Below, in pieces: positions 49,372 through 61,138 of a stretch of DNA of 64,000 nucleotides. Location of the stretch: positions 12,139 through 76,138 of the forward strand of contig JAFGJX010000070.1 of NCBI GenBank assembly GCA_016928865.1. The letters run 5' to 3'. Both the position numbers and the translations under genes were made by a program. Numbering within the stretch: the first letter of the stretch is position 1; every line of letters begins with the position of its first letter. This DNA comes from Spirochaetota bacterium. Lineage in GTDB: Bacteria > Spirochaetota > UBA4802 > UBA5550. The notes below the pieces were generated by a model, which saw only the letters and a program-made list of their open reading frames with translations, had not been told where the DNA came from and searched no databases.

Positions 49372-49923
49372 ATGGTACCAAACAAATTATTTTTGACCAA
49401 GGGCGTCGGAGTACATAAAAATAAGCTTTCTTCTTTTGAGCTTGCATTGAGAAATGCCGGCATTGAAAAATGCAATCTCGTGTATGTATCAAGCATTCTT
49501 CCTCCTAAATGTAAAATTGTATCAAAACAGGAAGGGACTAAAATGCTTCGTCCGGGTCAGATCACGTACTGCGTCATGGCCCGCAATGAAACCAACGAAC
49601 CGAATCGCCTCATTTCTGCGGCAATAGGCATAGCCATGCCGCGCGACCAGGAAAATTACGGATACCTTTCAGAGCATCATTCATTCGGAGAGGTTGCGAA
49701 ATTATCGGGTGATTTCGCAGAGGACCTTGCAGCAACCATGCTCGCATCGACACTGGGTATTCCCTTCGACTCCGACCAGGCATGGGACGAGCGGAAGCAG
49801 GTTTATCGCGCGAGCGGTCATATATTTAAAACCAGGAATATTTGCCAGTCTGCGGAGGGAAACAAAAACGGTCTGTGGACTACAGTGATTGCCGCAGCGG
49901 TGCTGCTGATTGAAGAATGTTAG
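49372..49923 (+). CDS. pdaD: Pyruvoyl-dependent arginine decarboxylase
   Basis: [22 protein letters not shown] cleavage site, GYLSEHH. Confidence 0.9.
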   Translation: MVPNKLFLTKGVGVHKNKLSSFELALRNAGIEKCNLVYVSSILPPKCKIVSKQEGTKMLRPGQITYCVMARNETNEPNRLISAAIGIAMPRDQENYGYLSEHHSFGEVAKLSGDFAEDLAATMLASTLGIPFDSDQAWDERKQVYRASGHIFKTRNICQSAEGNKNGLWTTVIAAAVLLIEEC

Positions 49924-49969
49924 CGTCTTCAGCTTCTTGATGAATGAATAAGAGTATTCAGCCTGTAAA

Positions 49970-50998
49970 TCAGAACATAGAACCGACCGCATTTTTACCT
50001 TTGTCTTTTATGTAAAACATGGCGCGATCTGCGGCAGAGAGGAGGCGCGTAATGTTGGTCGCGTCTTCCGGATATGCGGCCACACCAAAACTCGCACTCA
50101 GGTTTGCATAAATACCTTTGTTGGAAAGGTATTTTGTTTTACTCATCAGAGAGCGTATCTCTTCAGCCTTTAGTATGCCCTGATTCTTATTGCATCCTGG
50201 AAGGACGATAACGAATTCATCGCCGCCATAACTGACACCGAACGCCTTCCCTGAAAGTGAATCCCGTATTGTTGTCGCGACTTCCTGAATGGCCTGACTG
50301 CCGTTCAGGTGACCATATGTATCCACGATTTTCTTGAAATTGTCAAGATCCATAAAGACGAGAGCAAAAGGCGAACCCGAAATCTTGCCTGTCTCAAACA
50401 GCTCCGCAAGGGCATGATAGAGATATCGTGTATTGAAAAGGCCGGTGAGGTCATCTTTATTGGCCAGGGACTGTATATGCTGATAGCGGCGGGTGTTTTC
50501 AACAGCGATTGCCGCATAATCCGCGAAGAACATGAAGAGAGAGAGTGTCTTTTTGCTTGTCCTGCTGGGATTGATAGCCTCGATGACTCCTAGTGTCTGG
50601 TTCCCAAAAACCAGGGGGACGCATATGAGCGATCTTGTAATCTTTCCTGAAATCAGGTCAATCTGGTCATTGAAGTATTGGCAGTCTCTGACGTCTTCAA
50701 CCACCATCGGCTCCTGAATGGCGGCAACCCGCCCGGCTATACCCTGTCCGGATTTTATTCTGATGTCCTTTATCTCTTCAATATTGAGATCAACGCTCAA
50801 TTTGAAGCGGAGTTCCCTGGCGTCCGGGTCATACAGAAGCAATGACCAGGTCTCAGCCTGGATGATTTCCGACAGCTTTCTAAGGATTGTGCCGTAGAGC
50901 CTGTTGGGATCAAGCTCCGAGGTCAGAGCTTTTCCCAGGTCCATTAGCGACCTCAGTTCGCGGCGTGACAGATGCATTTCGCCATACATTCTTGCCAT
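49970..50998 (-). CDS. GAF-GGDEF diguanylate cyclase
   Basis: GQGIAG GAF, DDLTGLFN, DLDNFK, YGGDEF. Confidence 0.9.
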   Translation of the reverse strand: MARMYGEMHLSRRELRSLMDLGKALTSELDPNRLYGTILRKLSEIIQAETWSLLLYDPDARELRFKLSVDLNIEEIKDIRIKSGQGIAGRVAAIQEPMVVEDVRDCQYFNDQIDLISGKITRSLICVPLVFGNQTLGVIEAINPSRTSKKTLSLFMFFADYAAIAVENTRRYQHIQSLANKDDLTGLFNTRYLYHALAELFETGKISGSPFALVFMDLDNFKKIVDTYGHLNGSQAIQEVATTIRDSLSGKAFGVSYGGDEFVIVLPGCNKNQGILKAEEIRSLMSKTKYLSNKGIYANLSASFGVAAYPEDATNITRLLSAADRAMFYIKDKGKNAVGSMF

Positions 50999-51114
50999 CT
51001 CACATTTATGATTAAAATTCTCGTTTAGTTCAGAAATACACGAAAAATTTTACAAGAATTATTTTTTAATTGCGGGTTAAAATGCTAAAAGATTCGATCT
51101 TTTTTAACATGGGC

Positions 51115-51819
51115 CTACCTGGGGTCACGGAGGCGGATGCAAGGCAGGGCCAGAAAGCCCAGCATGCACCCGAAAAGGAACCCGAGTCCATGGGCAAGAT
51201 AGCTTACCTGCGCCTCAAAGGTGGTCGGTATCAGCATGATCAATGAAAAGCCGATAGCCCTGAATATACGAACAGGGATGGAGTGGTCTGTATCATGACG
51301 TATGTAAAAGACAAGCCATAATCCCACCATCCCGTATGCCATACCTGACGCGCCGACCAGCCGTATGTCAGGGCTGTAGAGCAACACTGTCAGGATGTTG
51401 GTCACAATGCCTATACCGAAGGAGAGGCCGGGGAAGGCGAGCATGCCGAAATAGGATTTCAACATCCATCCAAAAACAAGAAAAATCAGCGCGTTGGATA
51501 TGAGGTGATGCAGGTCGGCATGGGTCAGAAGAGCGGTTACAACCCTCCAGTATTCATGACGATGGAAAAAGGCTTCGCCGCTGAGCCAGAGATAGTCGCC
51601 TTCCGGATATTTCATATAAGCAACAGTTGCCAGGTAAAAAATAAAAAAAGCGATTAGTGCCGGAATGGCATGGTGAAACGATGGAAATTTAGCGAGCGGG
51701 CCCGGCGGACGCCTAGGCTCATCTCGGAAGTCCTCCGGATCCGGTTCTTGCACGTGTTCAGGATCATCCATTCGGTCTTCGTAAAAGCGATTATCTTGAT
51801 CTTCTCCGCCTTGCTTCAT
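51115..51819 (-). CDS. Rhomboid protease
   Basis: WR motif, HADLHHLISN, VGASG, YLAHGLG. Confidence 0.88.
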   Translation of the reverse strand: MKQGGEDQDNRFYEDRMDDPEHVQEPDPEDFRDEPRRPPGPLAKFPSFHHAIPALIAFFIFYLATVAYMKYPEGDYLWLSGEAFFHRHEYWRVVTALLTHADLHHLISNALIFLVFGWMLKSYFGMLAFPGLSFGIGIVTNILTVLLYSPDIRLVGASGMAYGMVGLWLVFYIRHDTDHSIPVRIFRAIGFSLIMLIPTTFEAQVSYLAHGLGFLFGCMLGFLALPCIRLRDPR

Positions 51820-51834
51820 ATTGCTCTTTCCCGC

Positions 51835-52173
51835 TTACGAATGGGTCGCGATGTAGTCTTCGCGAATGGGATTCCATGCATCCACGGCAATGGTGAATAC
51901 ATCAAGCACTCTCCCGCTGTGAACAACATTTGACGGCACGATTGCCACATCTCCCTTTTCCATGATCCGGGTGTTCCCGCCAATCGTCAGCTCGAGCTTG
52001 CCCTGCACAACAAGACTTATCTGTTCATGGGCGTGGCTGTGCTCCGGGAGGACCGATCCAGGCTCCATCTCCACCCAGGTTACCATCACATTGGACAGAT
52101 GTGCTTCTTTGAACAGAAAGCCCGGCAGGCGCGTGACGCCATTTTTCGTCTTAAATGAGTCAAAATATTCCAT
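51835..52173 (-). CDS. Cupin domain protein
   Basis: HSHAHEQ, PSNVVHS; GGAAGGAG RBS before MEYF. Confidence 0.88.
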   Translation of the reverse strand: MEYFDSFKTKNGVTRLPGFLFKEAHLSNVMVTWVEMEPGSVLPEHSHAHEQISLVVQGKLELTIGGNTRIMEKGDVAIVPSNVVHSGRVLDVFTIAVDAWNPIREDYIATHS

Positions 52174-52263
52174 CGATGGGCTCCTTCCGGTTGTTTCAAG
52201 TTTTTTCATGATAAAATGGGCAGGATTATTTGACAAATAAAAAATATAATAAATAGTGTCATC

Positions 52264-52890
52264 ATGGAAACGAATGAAAGCCGCCTCCTGGGTATGGCGG
52301 AGGAAGTGGAGCGGTGCGACAAGTGCAGGCTGTGCACGACCCGCACCCGGACCGTATTTGGCGAAGGAAATCCCGACGCGGAAGTGCTGTTCATCGGCGA
52401 GGGCCCCGGGAAGCAGGAAGACATTACAGGCAGGCCCTTTGTCGGGCGTGCGGGCGAGCTCCTCACGCGCATAATAGAGTTCGGGATGGGGGTGCCTCGC
52501 TCGGAGGTATATATCGCCAATCTGGTCAAGTGCAGACCGACCGTTGACATGAACCTGATGCGCGATCGCCCGCCAGATCCTGATGAGCTGCAGGCATGCG
52601 TCCCGTATCTGATGGCGCAGATTGATATAATTAGACCCAGAGTAATTGTCGCGCTGGGCAGCCCTTCATCTAAATTCCTGCTGGCAACGACGTCCGGGAT
52701 AACCAGAATCCGGGGCAGGTGGGGAGAATATCGGGGCATTCCGGTTATGCCCACCTACCACCCGAGCTACCTGCTCAGAAACGGCGGAGACTCAAGCCCC
52801 CTCAAGCGCGAGGTGTGGCATGATATAAAAATCGTCATGGAACGGCTGGGTTGGCCGCTTCCGCGAATCAAGAGAGGAGAAAAAGGATGA
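52264..52890 (+). CDS. Uracil-DNA glycosylase family 4
   Basis: CxxC, GEGPG, GRPFVG, KCRP, TYHPS. Confidence 0.93.
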   Translation: METNESRLLGMAEEVERCDKCRLCTTRTRTVFGEGNPDAEVLFIGEGPGKQEDITGRPFVGRAGELLTRIIEFGMGVPRSEVYIANLVKCRPTVDMNLMRDRPPDPDELQACVPYLMAQIDIIRPRVIVALGSPSSKFLLATTSGITRIRGRWGEYRGIPVMPTYHPSYLLRNGGDSSPLKREVWHDIKIVMERLGWPLPRIKRGEKG

Positions 52891-53555
52891 AAGTGTGTGA
52901 CGGCATCTATGCCTATGTGTGGAAGGGATATTTTGTTAATAACGCTAACATGTTCTATTTCGGGGATCCATTGAATATATTATTTGACCCCGGCCTGAAG
53001 GATTACCTTGACGTTCGCTTCGAAGAGATGAAAAAAGACGGCCTGGATCCTTCATCGATACAATATGTGATAAACACCCATTCGCATCCGGATCACTTCG
53101 AGGGTTCGTTGCCGTTTGCCGAAAAAAAGATCCCGATAGGAATGCATGAGGATGAGATTTCCTTTTACAATAAAATCGGTCCCGCGTTCTTTCAGATGTT
53201 CGGCATGCCGTTCCCCGAGATAGATTTTAATATTGTGCTGCGCGAAGGAGTATGGGACGTCGCGGGGACAGGCCTGCAGATATACCTTACACCCGGTCAT
53301 TCTCCCGGATCGATATGCCTGTACTGGAAAGAAAAAAAGGCGCTCATATGCGGAGATCTTATATTCGAGCAGAGCGTTGGCAGGGTTGATTTCCCCGGTG
53401 GAGACGGGAAACAGCTTATTGAAAGCATAAAACGAATGTCAGAGCTTGATATAGAATATCTCCTTCCGGGGCATATGAATATAATCACCGGGGCGCGCAA
53501 CATTAAAAACAATTTTGACATGATAGAAAAATATTATTTTTCAATGATGGAGTAA
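52887..53555 (+). CDS. MBL-fold hydrolase (glyoxalase II-like)
   Basis: THSHPDH, TPGHSPGS, GDLIF, LPGH; ATGA overlap. Confidence 0.88.
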   Translation: MKVCDGIYAYVWKGYFVNNANMFYFGDPLNILFDPGLKDYLDVRFEEMKKDGLDPSSIQYVINTHSHPDHFEGSLPFAEKKIPIGMHEDEISFYNKIGPAFFQMFGMPFPEIDFNIVLREGVWDVAGTGLQIYLTPGHSPGSICLYWKEKKALICGDLIFEQSVGRVDFPGGDGKQLIESIKRMSELDIEYLLPGHMNIITGARNIKNNFDMIEKYYFSMME

Positions 53556-53732
53556 TCCGCCATCCGGTTCCGGCTGTCATAGCAGGAAGGGCTGCATCGT
53601 CGACACCAATATTCCCAGGTCTTGAAAAATATTTATTTTTTTTTGAACCCTGGACCCTCTTTTCGGGTCAAACAGATGTAAAAATCAAATGAGTACATGC
53701 CGTATATTTTCCGTGCGGCATGGAGGAAATTG

Positions 53733-53750
53733 AAACTGACGTGTCAGTTT
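53733..53750. promoter_or_regulatory. Palindromic candidate operator next to a TTGACA -35
   Basis: AAACTGAC-GT-GTCAGTTT, 5 nt upstream of TTGACA (53756). Confidence 0.5.
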
Positions 53751-53899
53751 ATTGCTTGACATTTAGAGGAGCATAATTTTGTATTCTTTTTAATATTAAG
53801 TAGCAATGGGCCTGTATGATCGGTGCCCGCTCACGTGATAATCAATCGGACCGCAAATTGATGATTATCAAAAAATAAATAATTCCTGGGGAGGTTTAT

Positions 53900-54616
53900 A
53901 TGTTTAAGAGGGTCTCTTGTCTAATCGCTGTTATCATGGCATCCGTTGCCTTTACAGGCAGCAACATCAATGCAGCCGGAAAGTATCAATGGAAGGCAGA
54001 AGGAATCAAGGATGGCTCAATGGTTTACACAAGCCCGGTAGCAGGCAAAGAATATATCGCCGCACGGGCAGTTAGAGTCATTCCCGCGAGGATGGAAGTC
54101 ATCGGGATGGTGCTGCGGGACGTTGAAAATTATAACAAGTGGATGAAAGACTGTACGCAAACAAAAATCCTGAAAGTTGTAGATGATAAGAACGACACGT
54201 TTATAGTCTGGTTCCATCAGCACGTCATGCTTCTGACAGACCGCGACATGGTTCTCAAATCTTTTGTCAAGCTTGACTACCCGAATGGAAAGAGCGAGAT
54301 AACAGCTGTATCCACAAAAGAGATGGATTACGATTCCGGGAAAAAGCTGGTCAGGATGCCTACTTTTTACTCGCACTTCCTTCTCGAGTGGATTGACCGC
54401 GAACACACGCGCGTGACTTTTACCATAGATCCGGACCTGGACAAGGGCGTGCCTATCGGTATTGCGAACTCAACAATCAAGGGTATCCCGGGCAAGTCAC
54501 TTGAGGGCCTTGCGAAAATGGTTAAGAAGAAGGATTATATCGAGAGCGCAAAAATATCCAAGTACAATAAAATGATAAACGACAATATCAAAAAAGGATA
54601 TCTCAAAGAAAATTAA
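53900..54616 (+). CDS. START-domain lipid-binding secreted protein
   Basis: Signal peptide, VLRDVENYNKWM, DRDMV, DP; GGAGG RBS. Confidence 0.8.
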   Translation: MFKRVSCLIAVIMASVAFTGSNINAAGKYQWKAEGIKDGSMVYTSPVAGKEYIAARAVRVIPARMEVIGMVLRDVENYNKWMKDCTQTKILKVVDDKNDTFIVWFHQHVMLLTDRDMVLKSFVKLDYPNGKSEITAVSTKEMDYDSGKKLVRMPTFYSHFLLEWIDREHTRVTFTIDPDLDKGVPIGIANSTIKGIPGKSLEGLAKMVKKKDYIESAKISKYNKMINDNIKKGYLKEN

Positions 54617-54646
54617 GCGTTGCTGACAGACGTTTATTGAAAGTCC

Positions 54647-54685
54647 AGCCCACGCGTGTCCCTTAACCGGCAGCGTGGGCTTTTT
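54647..54685 (+). terminator. Intrinsic terminator
   Basis: AGCCCACGC...GCGTGGGCT followed by T-run. Confidence 0.6.
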
Positions 54686-54718
54686 ATTCCATCCTGCGGG
54701 ATCTGTGGCGGTACAGCA

Positions 54719-54866
54719 CTAAGAAGCTATCCCGATAGGCCGGTAAAGCTTCGGGAAAAAGTGTTGAGCGAGCGAAAACTATCAGGGTTTTCAACGTTTT
54801 TTCCCGAATCCGCATGCCGAAAAGCTTTTTTCCAACGCGTGACAAACCTGTTGGGAAAATCTCTAA
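54719..54866. mobile_element. MITE-like palindromic repeat (copy B)
   Basis: Imperfect terminal inverted arms, CTAA at both ends, core homologous to 22020-22081. Confidence 0.6.
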
Positions 54867-55939
54867 GGCTGATATCTTTTGACCATTGTTCTGATCTTAC
54901 CCGAAAGAAGAGCTTCGTAGAATTCTTCTCCCATATGCCTGCCGGCCTCGATCGATTTCTTCCAGTATGTCAAACGTTCCGCGTCGTGTCCGGAGAATTT
55001 CATGAAGTCATTCCGGTCTGGTATTTTCCCATACGGCAGGTTGTCGACGAAATGCCTTGACGGAGACACGATAAGGACGTTCCGCATATTTGATTTTTTC
55101 GCCTTTCGCCAGGGAAGGTGTTTGTCAAGCCATCCGGGGATGACAGATTCGCTGTAGTGAGGAAAGAGCACAATGCGGTCAGGATCGGGGTCGAGAGGGA
55201 TATCAAGCTGATAATCAATCATGCCGCCGTCTCGATACACGCCCTCCGGCGCGCCGGGAATGCCGGAGACGCCGTCCATCACCATAGGAATAGAGCCCGA
55301 TGCCATTATGGCAGGCTTGAGGTTGCTCCTGTCGAGCGGAACCCGGCGCAGAGAAAAGCCCTTCATGTCATAAAACGGTGGCGCTTCGCGCCGGTCATAG
55401 AAAAGGGTCCGACTGAAGAAAAGCCCCATCATGTGCCGCGAAATGATATTGCACACGCTTGCCAGAACCATCCCTATTGCGAGAGGAGGACGGGACGCCG
55501 CCTTGAAAATGTGCCGGGAACTGACGGCCAGCATATTGAGCCGGAGGTACGGATGCTTCAGGATCATTTGCACGGCATCATCATGGACGTATCGGTCAAG
55601 TATGACCCGGCTCGCGCCTGAAACCTCTTCAGCCGTTGGAAATTTCGAATAATGCTGATCGAGATATGCTTCCTCGAAAAGATCGATTGACTTTACCGGA
55701 TCAGCCTGGCAAATCGCTGCAAAACGCCAGGAGCCGATTGATGATCCCAGCAGGAATAACGGTTCTTTCCTCTCTGAAAAGATCGTGCCAAAGAGGATTC
55801 GGTCGATGCCGCCGAGCACCAGCCACTTGGGGCCGCCGGCCGCTCCCGGGATGACACGCACCCGGTCAGGATTCAGGCCCTCGTCCCTGATAATTTCCAG
55901 TGCGCGGTCACCGGCGATGAAAGAGATATTTTTAAGCAT
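54863..55939 (-). CDS. Patatin-like phospholipase family
   Basis: GAAGGPKW, GSSIG, ASGSIP, DGG. Confidence 0.82.
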   Translation of the reverse strand: MLKNISFIAGDRALEIIRDEGLNPDRVRVIPGAAGGPKWLVLGGIDRILFGTIFSERKEPLFLLGSSIGSWRFAAICQADPVKSIDLFEEAYLDQHYSKFPTAEEVSGASRVILDRYVHDDAVQMILKHPYLRLNMLAVSSRHIFKAASRPPLAIGMVLASVCNIISRHMMGLFFSRTLFYDRREAPPFYDMKGFSLRRVPLDRSNLKPAIMASGSIPMVMDGVSGIPGAPEGVYRDGGMIDYQLDIPLDPDPDRIVLFPHYSESVIPGWLDKHLPWRKAKKSNMRNVLIVSPSRHFVDNLPYGKIPDRNDFMKFSGHDAERLTYWKKSIEAGRHMGEEFYEALLSGKIRTMVKRYQP

Positions 55940-56123
55940 GGCGATCAAGTACGAATAAAAATCGGCGGAGACAAGAATGTCAATTAATAAATATTCCAAA
56001 GACATTGAAATGCTGATCCAATTCAGATTCTATTGACTTTTTTTTCATGATGATTATTATTGCACAGTATGATAAACGACACGCTTAACACGACAGTCGC
56101 ACCATATATGACGAGGACCACGC

Positions 56124-57356
56124 ATGCTGATGCTCTATAACACCATGACTCGCCGGAAAGAGGCTTTCGTGCCTCGGGATCCTTCCGCGGCAACGATTTT
56201 TACCTGCGGTCCATCCATATACCAGCGGCCGCACATCGGCAATTACCGTACTTTCATGTATGAGGATATTCTCCAGAAATATCTTGAATACAGGGGCTAT
56301 AAAGTCGATCGCGCCATGCCCCTCACCGACATAGAGGACAAGACGATACTTGAGGCGGTCAAGAAAGGCGAACACATTGACATAATCACCGGCAGCGTGG
56401 AGAAGATATTTTTGGAGGAGGCGAAAAAGCTCAAAATACGTCTCCCTAAAAAAACAGCACGCTCTTCTGCATGCGTCGATTCCGCAGTCCGTCTGATTGA
56501 ACGGCTCATTGATACCGGTCATGCGTATTGGCATAATGGTGATGTTTTTTTCGATCCTCTCACTCACAAAGGATTTGGCAGGCTTTATGGACTCGACATG
56601 AAACAATGGCCACGCAGAAAAGCCAGGTTTCGCCGCGACACCTACCGGGGAAACCGTTGGAACCGGGGAGACTTCATACTCTGGCACGGGTACAGGGAGG
56701 GCGACATCTCGACCTGGGGGACTCGCATCGGCAAGGGAAGACCATCGTGGAATATACAGGACCCATCCATCATTATCAGACATCTGGGCGGTGAAATCGA
56801 TATTAATTGCGGCGGAATTGACAATATCTACCGCCATCATGATTACAACATCGCGATCATGGAATCGTATACGGGAAGGGCCTTTGCGAATTACTACATG
56901 CACGGCGAGCATCTTATAGTTAATGGAAAGCCAATGTCGAAAAGCAGGGGTAATATCGTTTATCCCGAGGATATATTTCGCCGGAAATTCGCCGCGCCAG
57001 AGCTGCGATTTTACCTTTTTTACACGCACTACCGTTCGCGCCTCAATTATACCCCTGACCGGTTTAAAAAGTCATCTGCTCTGATCGCAGATTTCAGATC
57101 TATTGCACACGAACTGACCGGTTACCCGGGAAAGGGTAAAAGTCGGAACCCTGAAATTGCTTCACATATCACGGCGCTGCGGCGAGAATTCGATGACGCC
57201 ATGGATGATGATCTTGACGCCGGAACGGCTTTTGACGCAATGTATCGCATATTGAAAAAGTTAATTGGTCTCAAAAATGGATTTACTGCCGCTGACACAA
57301 AGTCGCTCTCATCAACTCTCAAAAATATTGATGAGGTTTTTGGAGTTATATTTTAG
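56124..57356 (+). CDS. Cysteinyl-tRNA synthetase paralog (altered active site, truncated C-terminus)
   Basis: LYNT, CGPS, HIGN, TDIEDK, DFILW, GRPSW, PMSKS, HYR, DDDLD. Confidence 0.85.
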   Translation: MLMLYNTMTRRKEAFVPRDPSAATIFTCGPSIYQRPHIGNYRTFMYEDILQKYLEYRGYKVDRAMPLTDIEDKTILEAVKKGEHIDIITGSVEKIFLEEAKKLKIRLPKKTARSSACVDSAVRLIERLIDTGHAYWHNGDVFFDPLTHKGFGRLYGLDMKQWPRRKARFRRDTYRGNRWNRGDFILWHGYREGDISTWGTRIGKGRPSWNIQDPSIIIRHLGGEIDINCGGIDNIYRHHDYNIAIMESYTGRAFANYYMHGEHLIVNGKPMSKSRGNIVYPEDIFRRKFAAPELRFYLFYTHYRSRLNYTPDRFKKSSALIADFRSIAHELTGYPGKGKSRNPEIASHITALRREFDDAMDDDLDAGTAFDAMYRILKKLIGLKNGFTAADTKSLSSTLKNIDEVFGVIF

Positions 57357-57400
57357 CGCTCATACCAGGCCGCCGCAGGTCTATATATGTCACGTATAAC

Positions 57401-57898
57401 ATGAAAAAGCCGGAGGAGAGGCCCATGCACATTACATTTCGCAATATGATTATCCTCCTTGCTCTTGGCATTGCCGCGGACATTGCCATATGGCCGGATC
57501 AGGCTGATGGTAATTCAGATCTATTCAATGCATGTACCGCTCAGTGCGCTCCCCTTGAAGGAGAGGCGAGGGCGCGCTGCATAAACACCTGCATGAGGAC
57601 GAAAAAGAAAAACCGACCGGTAGGCGAGAATGCCGTTAAACAAAAGATGAAGGCTTGCGAAGACCGGTGCGCTTCATACCAGGGGCTGGAGAGGGTCCGC
57701 TGCATCAGGATCTGCCTTGATATTAAAAGCGAACAGGGAAACTCTACTCCCCATAAGATAGATGCCGCCAGCGTCCAGGAGAAAGACATCTGCGAAAGCA
57801 GGTGCGCGGGTCTTTCAGGGGTCATAAAAGAAAAATGCGTGGTCAGATGCAAAAGGAAAACAAAATTTGATGGCGGAACGTCGGCTGAAACCGATTAA
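57401..57898 (+). CDS. Secreted Cys-rich protein with three CX3C-X10-CX3C repeats
   Basis: 12 Cys in three regular repeats; hydrophobic N-terminus; GGAGGAG before the second Met. Confidence 0.7.
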   Translation: MKKPEERPMHITFRNMIILLALGIAADIAIWPDQADGNSDLFNACTAQCAPLEGEARARCINTCMRTKKKNRPVGENAVKQKMKACEDRCASYQGLERVRCIRICLDIKSEQGNSTPHKIDAASVQEKDICESRCAGLSGVIKEKCVVRCKRKTKFDGGTSAETD

Positions 57899-57979
57899 AA
57901 AATCGTTCCGGATCAAATTTTTGTATAGATTTTTTAGCTTGCCTGTAATACATTAATACATGCGTCAGGCAGGGTTATC

Positions 57980-58564
57980 ATGAGACGAATTATCGCTGCA
58001 ATCATAATGGTCCTCGCATCACTTGGATTTCTCACCTGTGAAAGGGTTGATATGCATACCCTTGCAACACTGGGCCTCGCCCCGAAAACGGTTATTTACA
58101 TTTACCCGATTGAAAATTTCAATGGCGATCTCGGGGGAAGGGATAGCGTAGACGATTATTGCAACAACCAGGGTCTGGCGTATCAGGCCGCCCTGAAGGT
58201 CTCCACCGTCAGAGGTTTTATAAGCATGTCCCAATTGGACGAGCTCAGATTTACTCTGCCAGTCGAATTCTGGTATTATCCCGTTGTCGGCGTCTCCCCG
58301 ACAATGCAGCTGTCCGTGATCGCCAATTCGTGGCTGGGTATGCTTGACGGGGATATCGTCACCGGCATCGATACAGCGGTGGGCATAGGCGGCATGGTAT
58401 GGTGGTCGGGAAGCAATGCCGATGGCAGTTTTAATGCTGACTACAACTGCCAGAACTGGAGCAGCATGGATCCCGCTCAACTTGGACAGGTCGGCGCCAA
58501 TGGCTTTGCTTCAACCACCGCAACCTGCGATTCAACCGCCTACCTGCTCTGCATAGCGTACTGA
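57980..58564 (+). CDS. DUF1554/endostatin-like lipoprotein
   Basis: FLTC lipobox, NGDLGG...DDYC, WSGS, NCQNWSS, C...LLC. Confidence 0.7.
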   Translation: MRRIIAAIIMVLASLGFLTCERVDMHTLATLGLAPKTVIYIYPIENFNGDLGGRDSVDDYCNNQGLAYQAALKVSTVRGFISMSQLDELRFTLPVEFWYYPVVGVSPTMQLSVIANSWLGMLDGDIVTGIDTAVGIGGMVWWSGSNADGSFNADYNCQNWSSMDPAQLGQVGANGFASTTATCDSTAYLLCIAY

Positions 58565-58668
58565 CGCAGCATTATTCGCCTGCAGCATCATCTCCGCACA
58601 CGCCAGACAAACCAGCGTATAATTCATGAAATTTTGCTTGATATATATCATATTGATTTAGTATATAG

Positions 58669-60442
<1,774 letters not shown>

Positions 60443-60490
60443 AACGTCTTGCGGCCTGATGCGATGATTCCGGTTCGTGATGATTGAAGC

Positions 60491-61138
60491 ATGATGAAAA
60501 CTGAAATTATCATAATAAAAAAGCTGAAAAAAGACGGAACCATCGATTCATCAATATCAAACCGTCTCGCAGCAGACATCCAGAACGGCAATACCGTTCT
60601 CATGCCGGTTGACATGATTTACGGTCTTGTTGCCCTGGACTCGCCTGAATGCCGGGAATCCATAAGCCGCATCATCGGGTACGACGAGGATAAATTCGTT
60701 CGAATGATATCATCCTTCAAGATGCTCGACGAGGTCGCTACAATTGACAAGCTTGCGTTCGATTTTCTCCACAGGATCTGGCCGGGAGAGCTGGTCGTCT
60801 ATGTTGAAAACCATCGGAAAAAAGGCGTGCCGGTATCGGTGAGGATGCCAAAGAGCAGATACCAGCAGGAGATTATTGATAACGTGGGAAGGCCCCTTAT
60901 CAATGCATCATGCCAGCTACCCGGCAAGCACCCGATCTACCTCAAGAAGGACCTTATCAAGGCATACGAGGGGAAAATCAACACCATTTTTATCATCGAG
61001 GAATTCTGCAAGGAGCATACGCTCCCTTCCGTTGTCGATATAAGCCGAGGAACTCTTGATGTCATTCATGAGGGAAAGGTGTCGGCGGAAGAGATAAAGT
61101 CGCTCTATTTTCTCGGCAAGGACGACCAGGTTCTTTGA
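60491..61138 (+). CDS. Degenerate Sua5/YrdC (TsaC-like) protein
   Basis: MPVDMIYGL, IWPGEL, VRMP, PSVVD, HEG. Confidence 0.7.
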   Translation: MMKTEIIIIKKLKKDGTIDSSISNRLAADIQNGNTVLMPVDMIYGLVALDSPECRESISRIIGYDEDKFVRMISSFKMLDEVATIDKLAFDFLHRIWPGELVVYVENHRKKGVPVSVRMPKSRYQQEIIDNVGRPLINASCQLPGKHPIYLKKDLIKAYEGKINTIFIIEEFCKEHTLPSVVDISRGTLDVIHEGKVSAEEIKSLYFLGKDDQVL

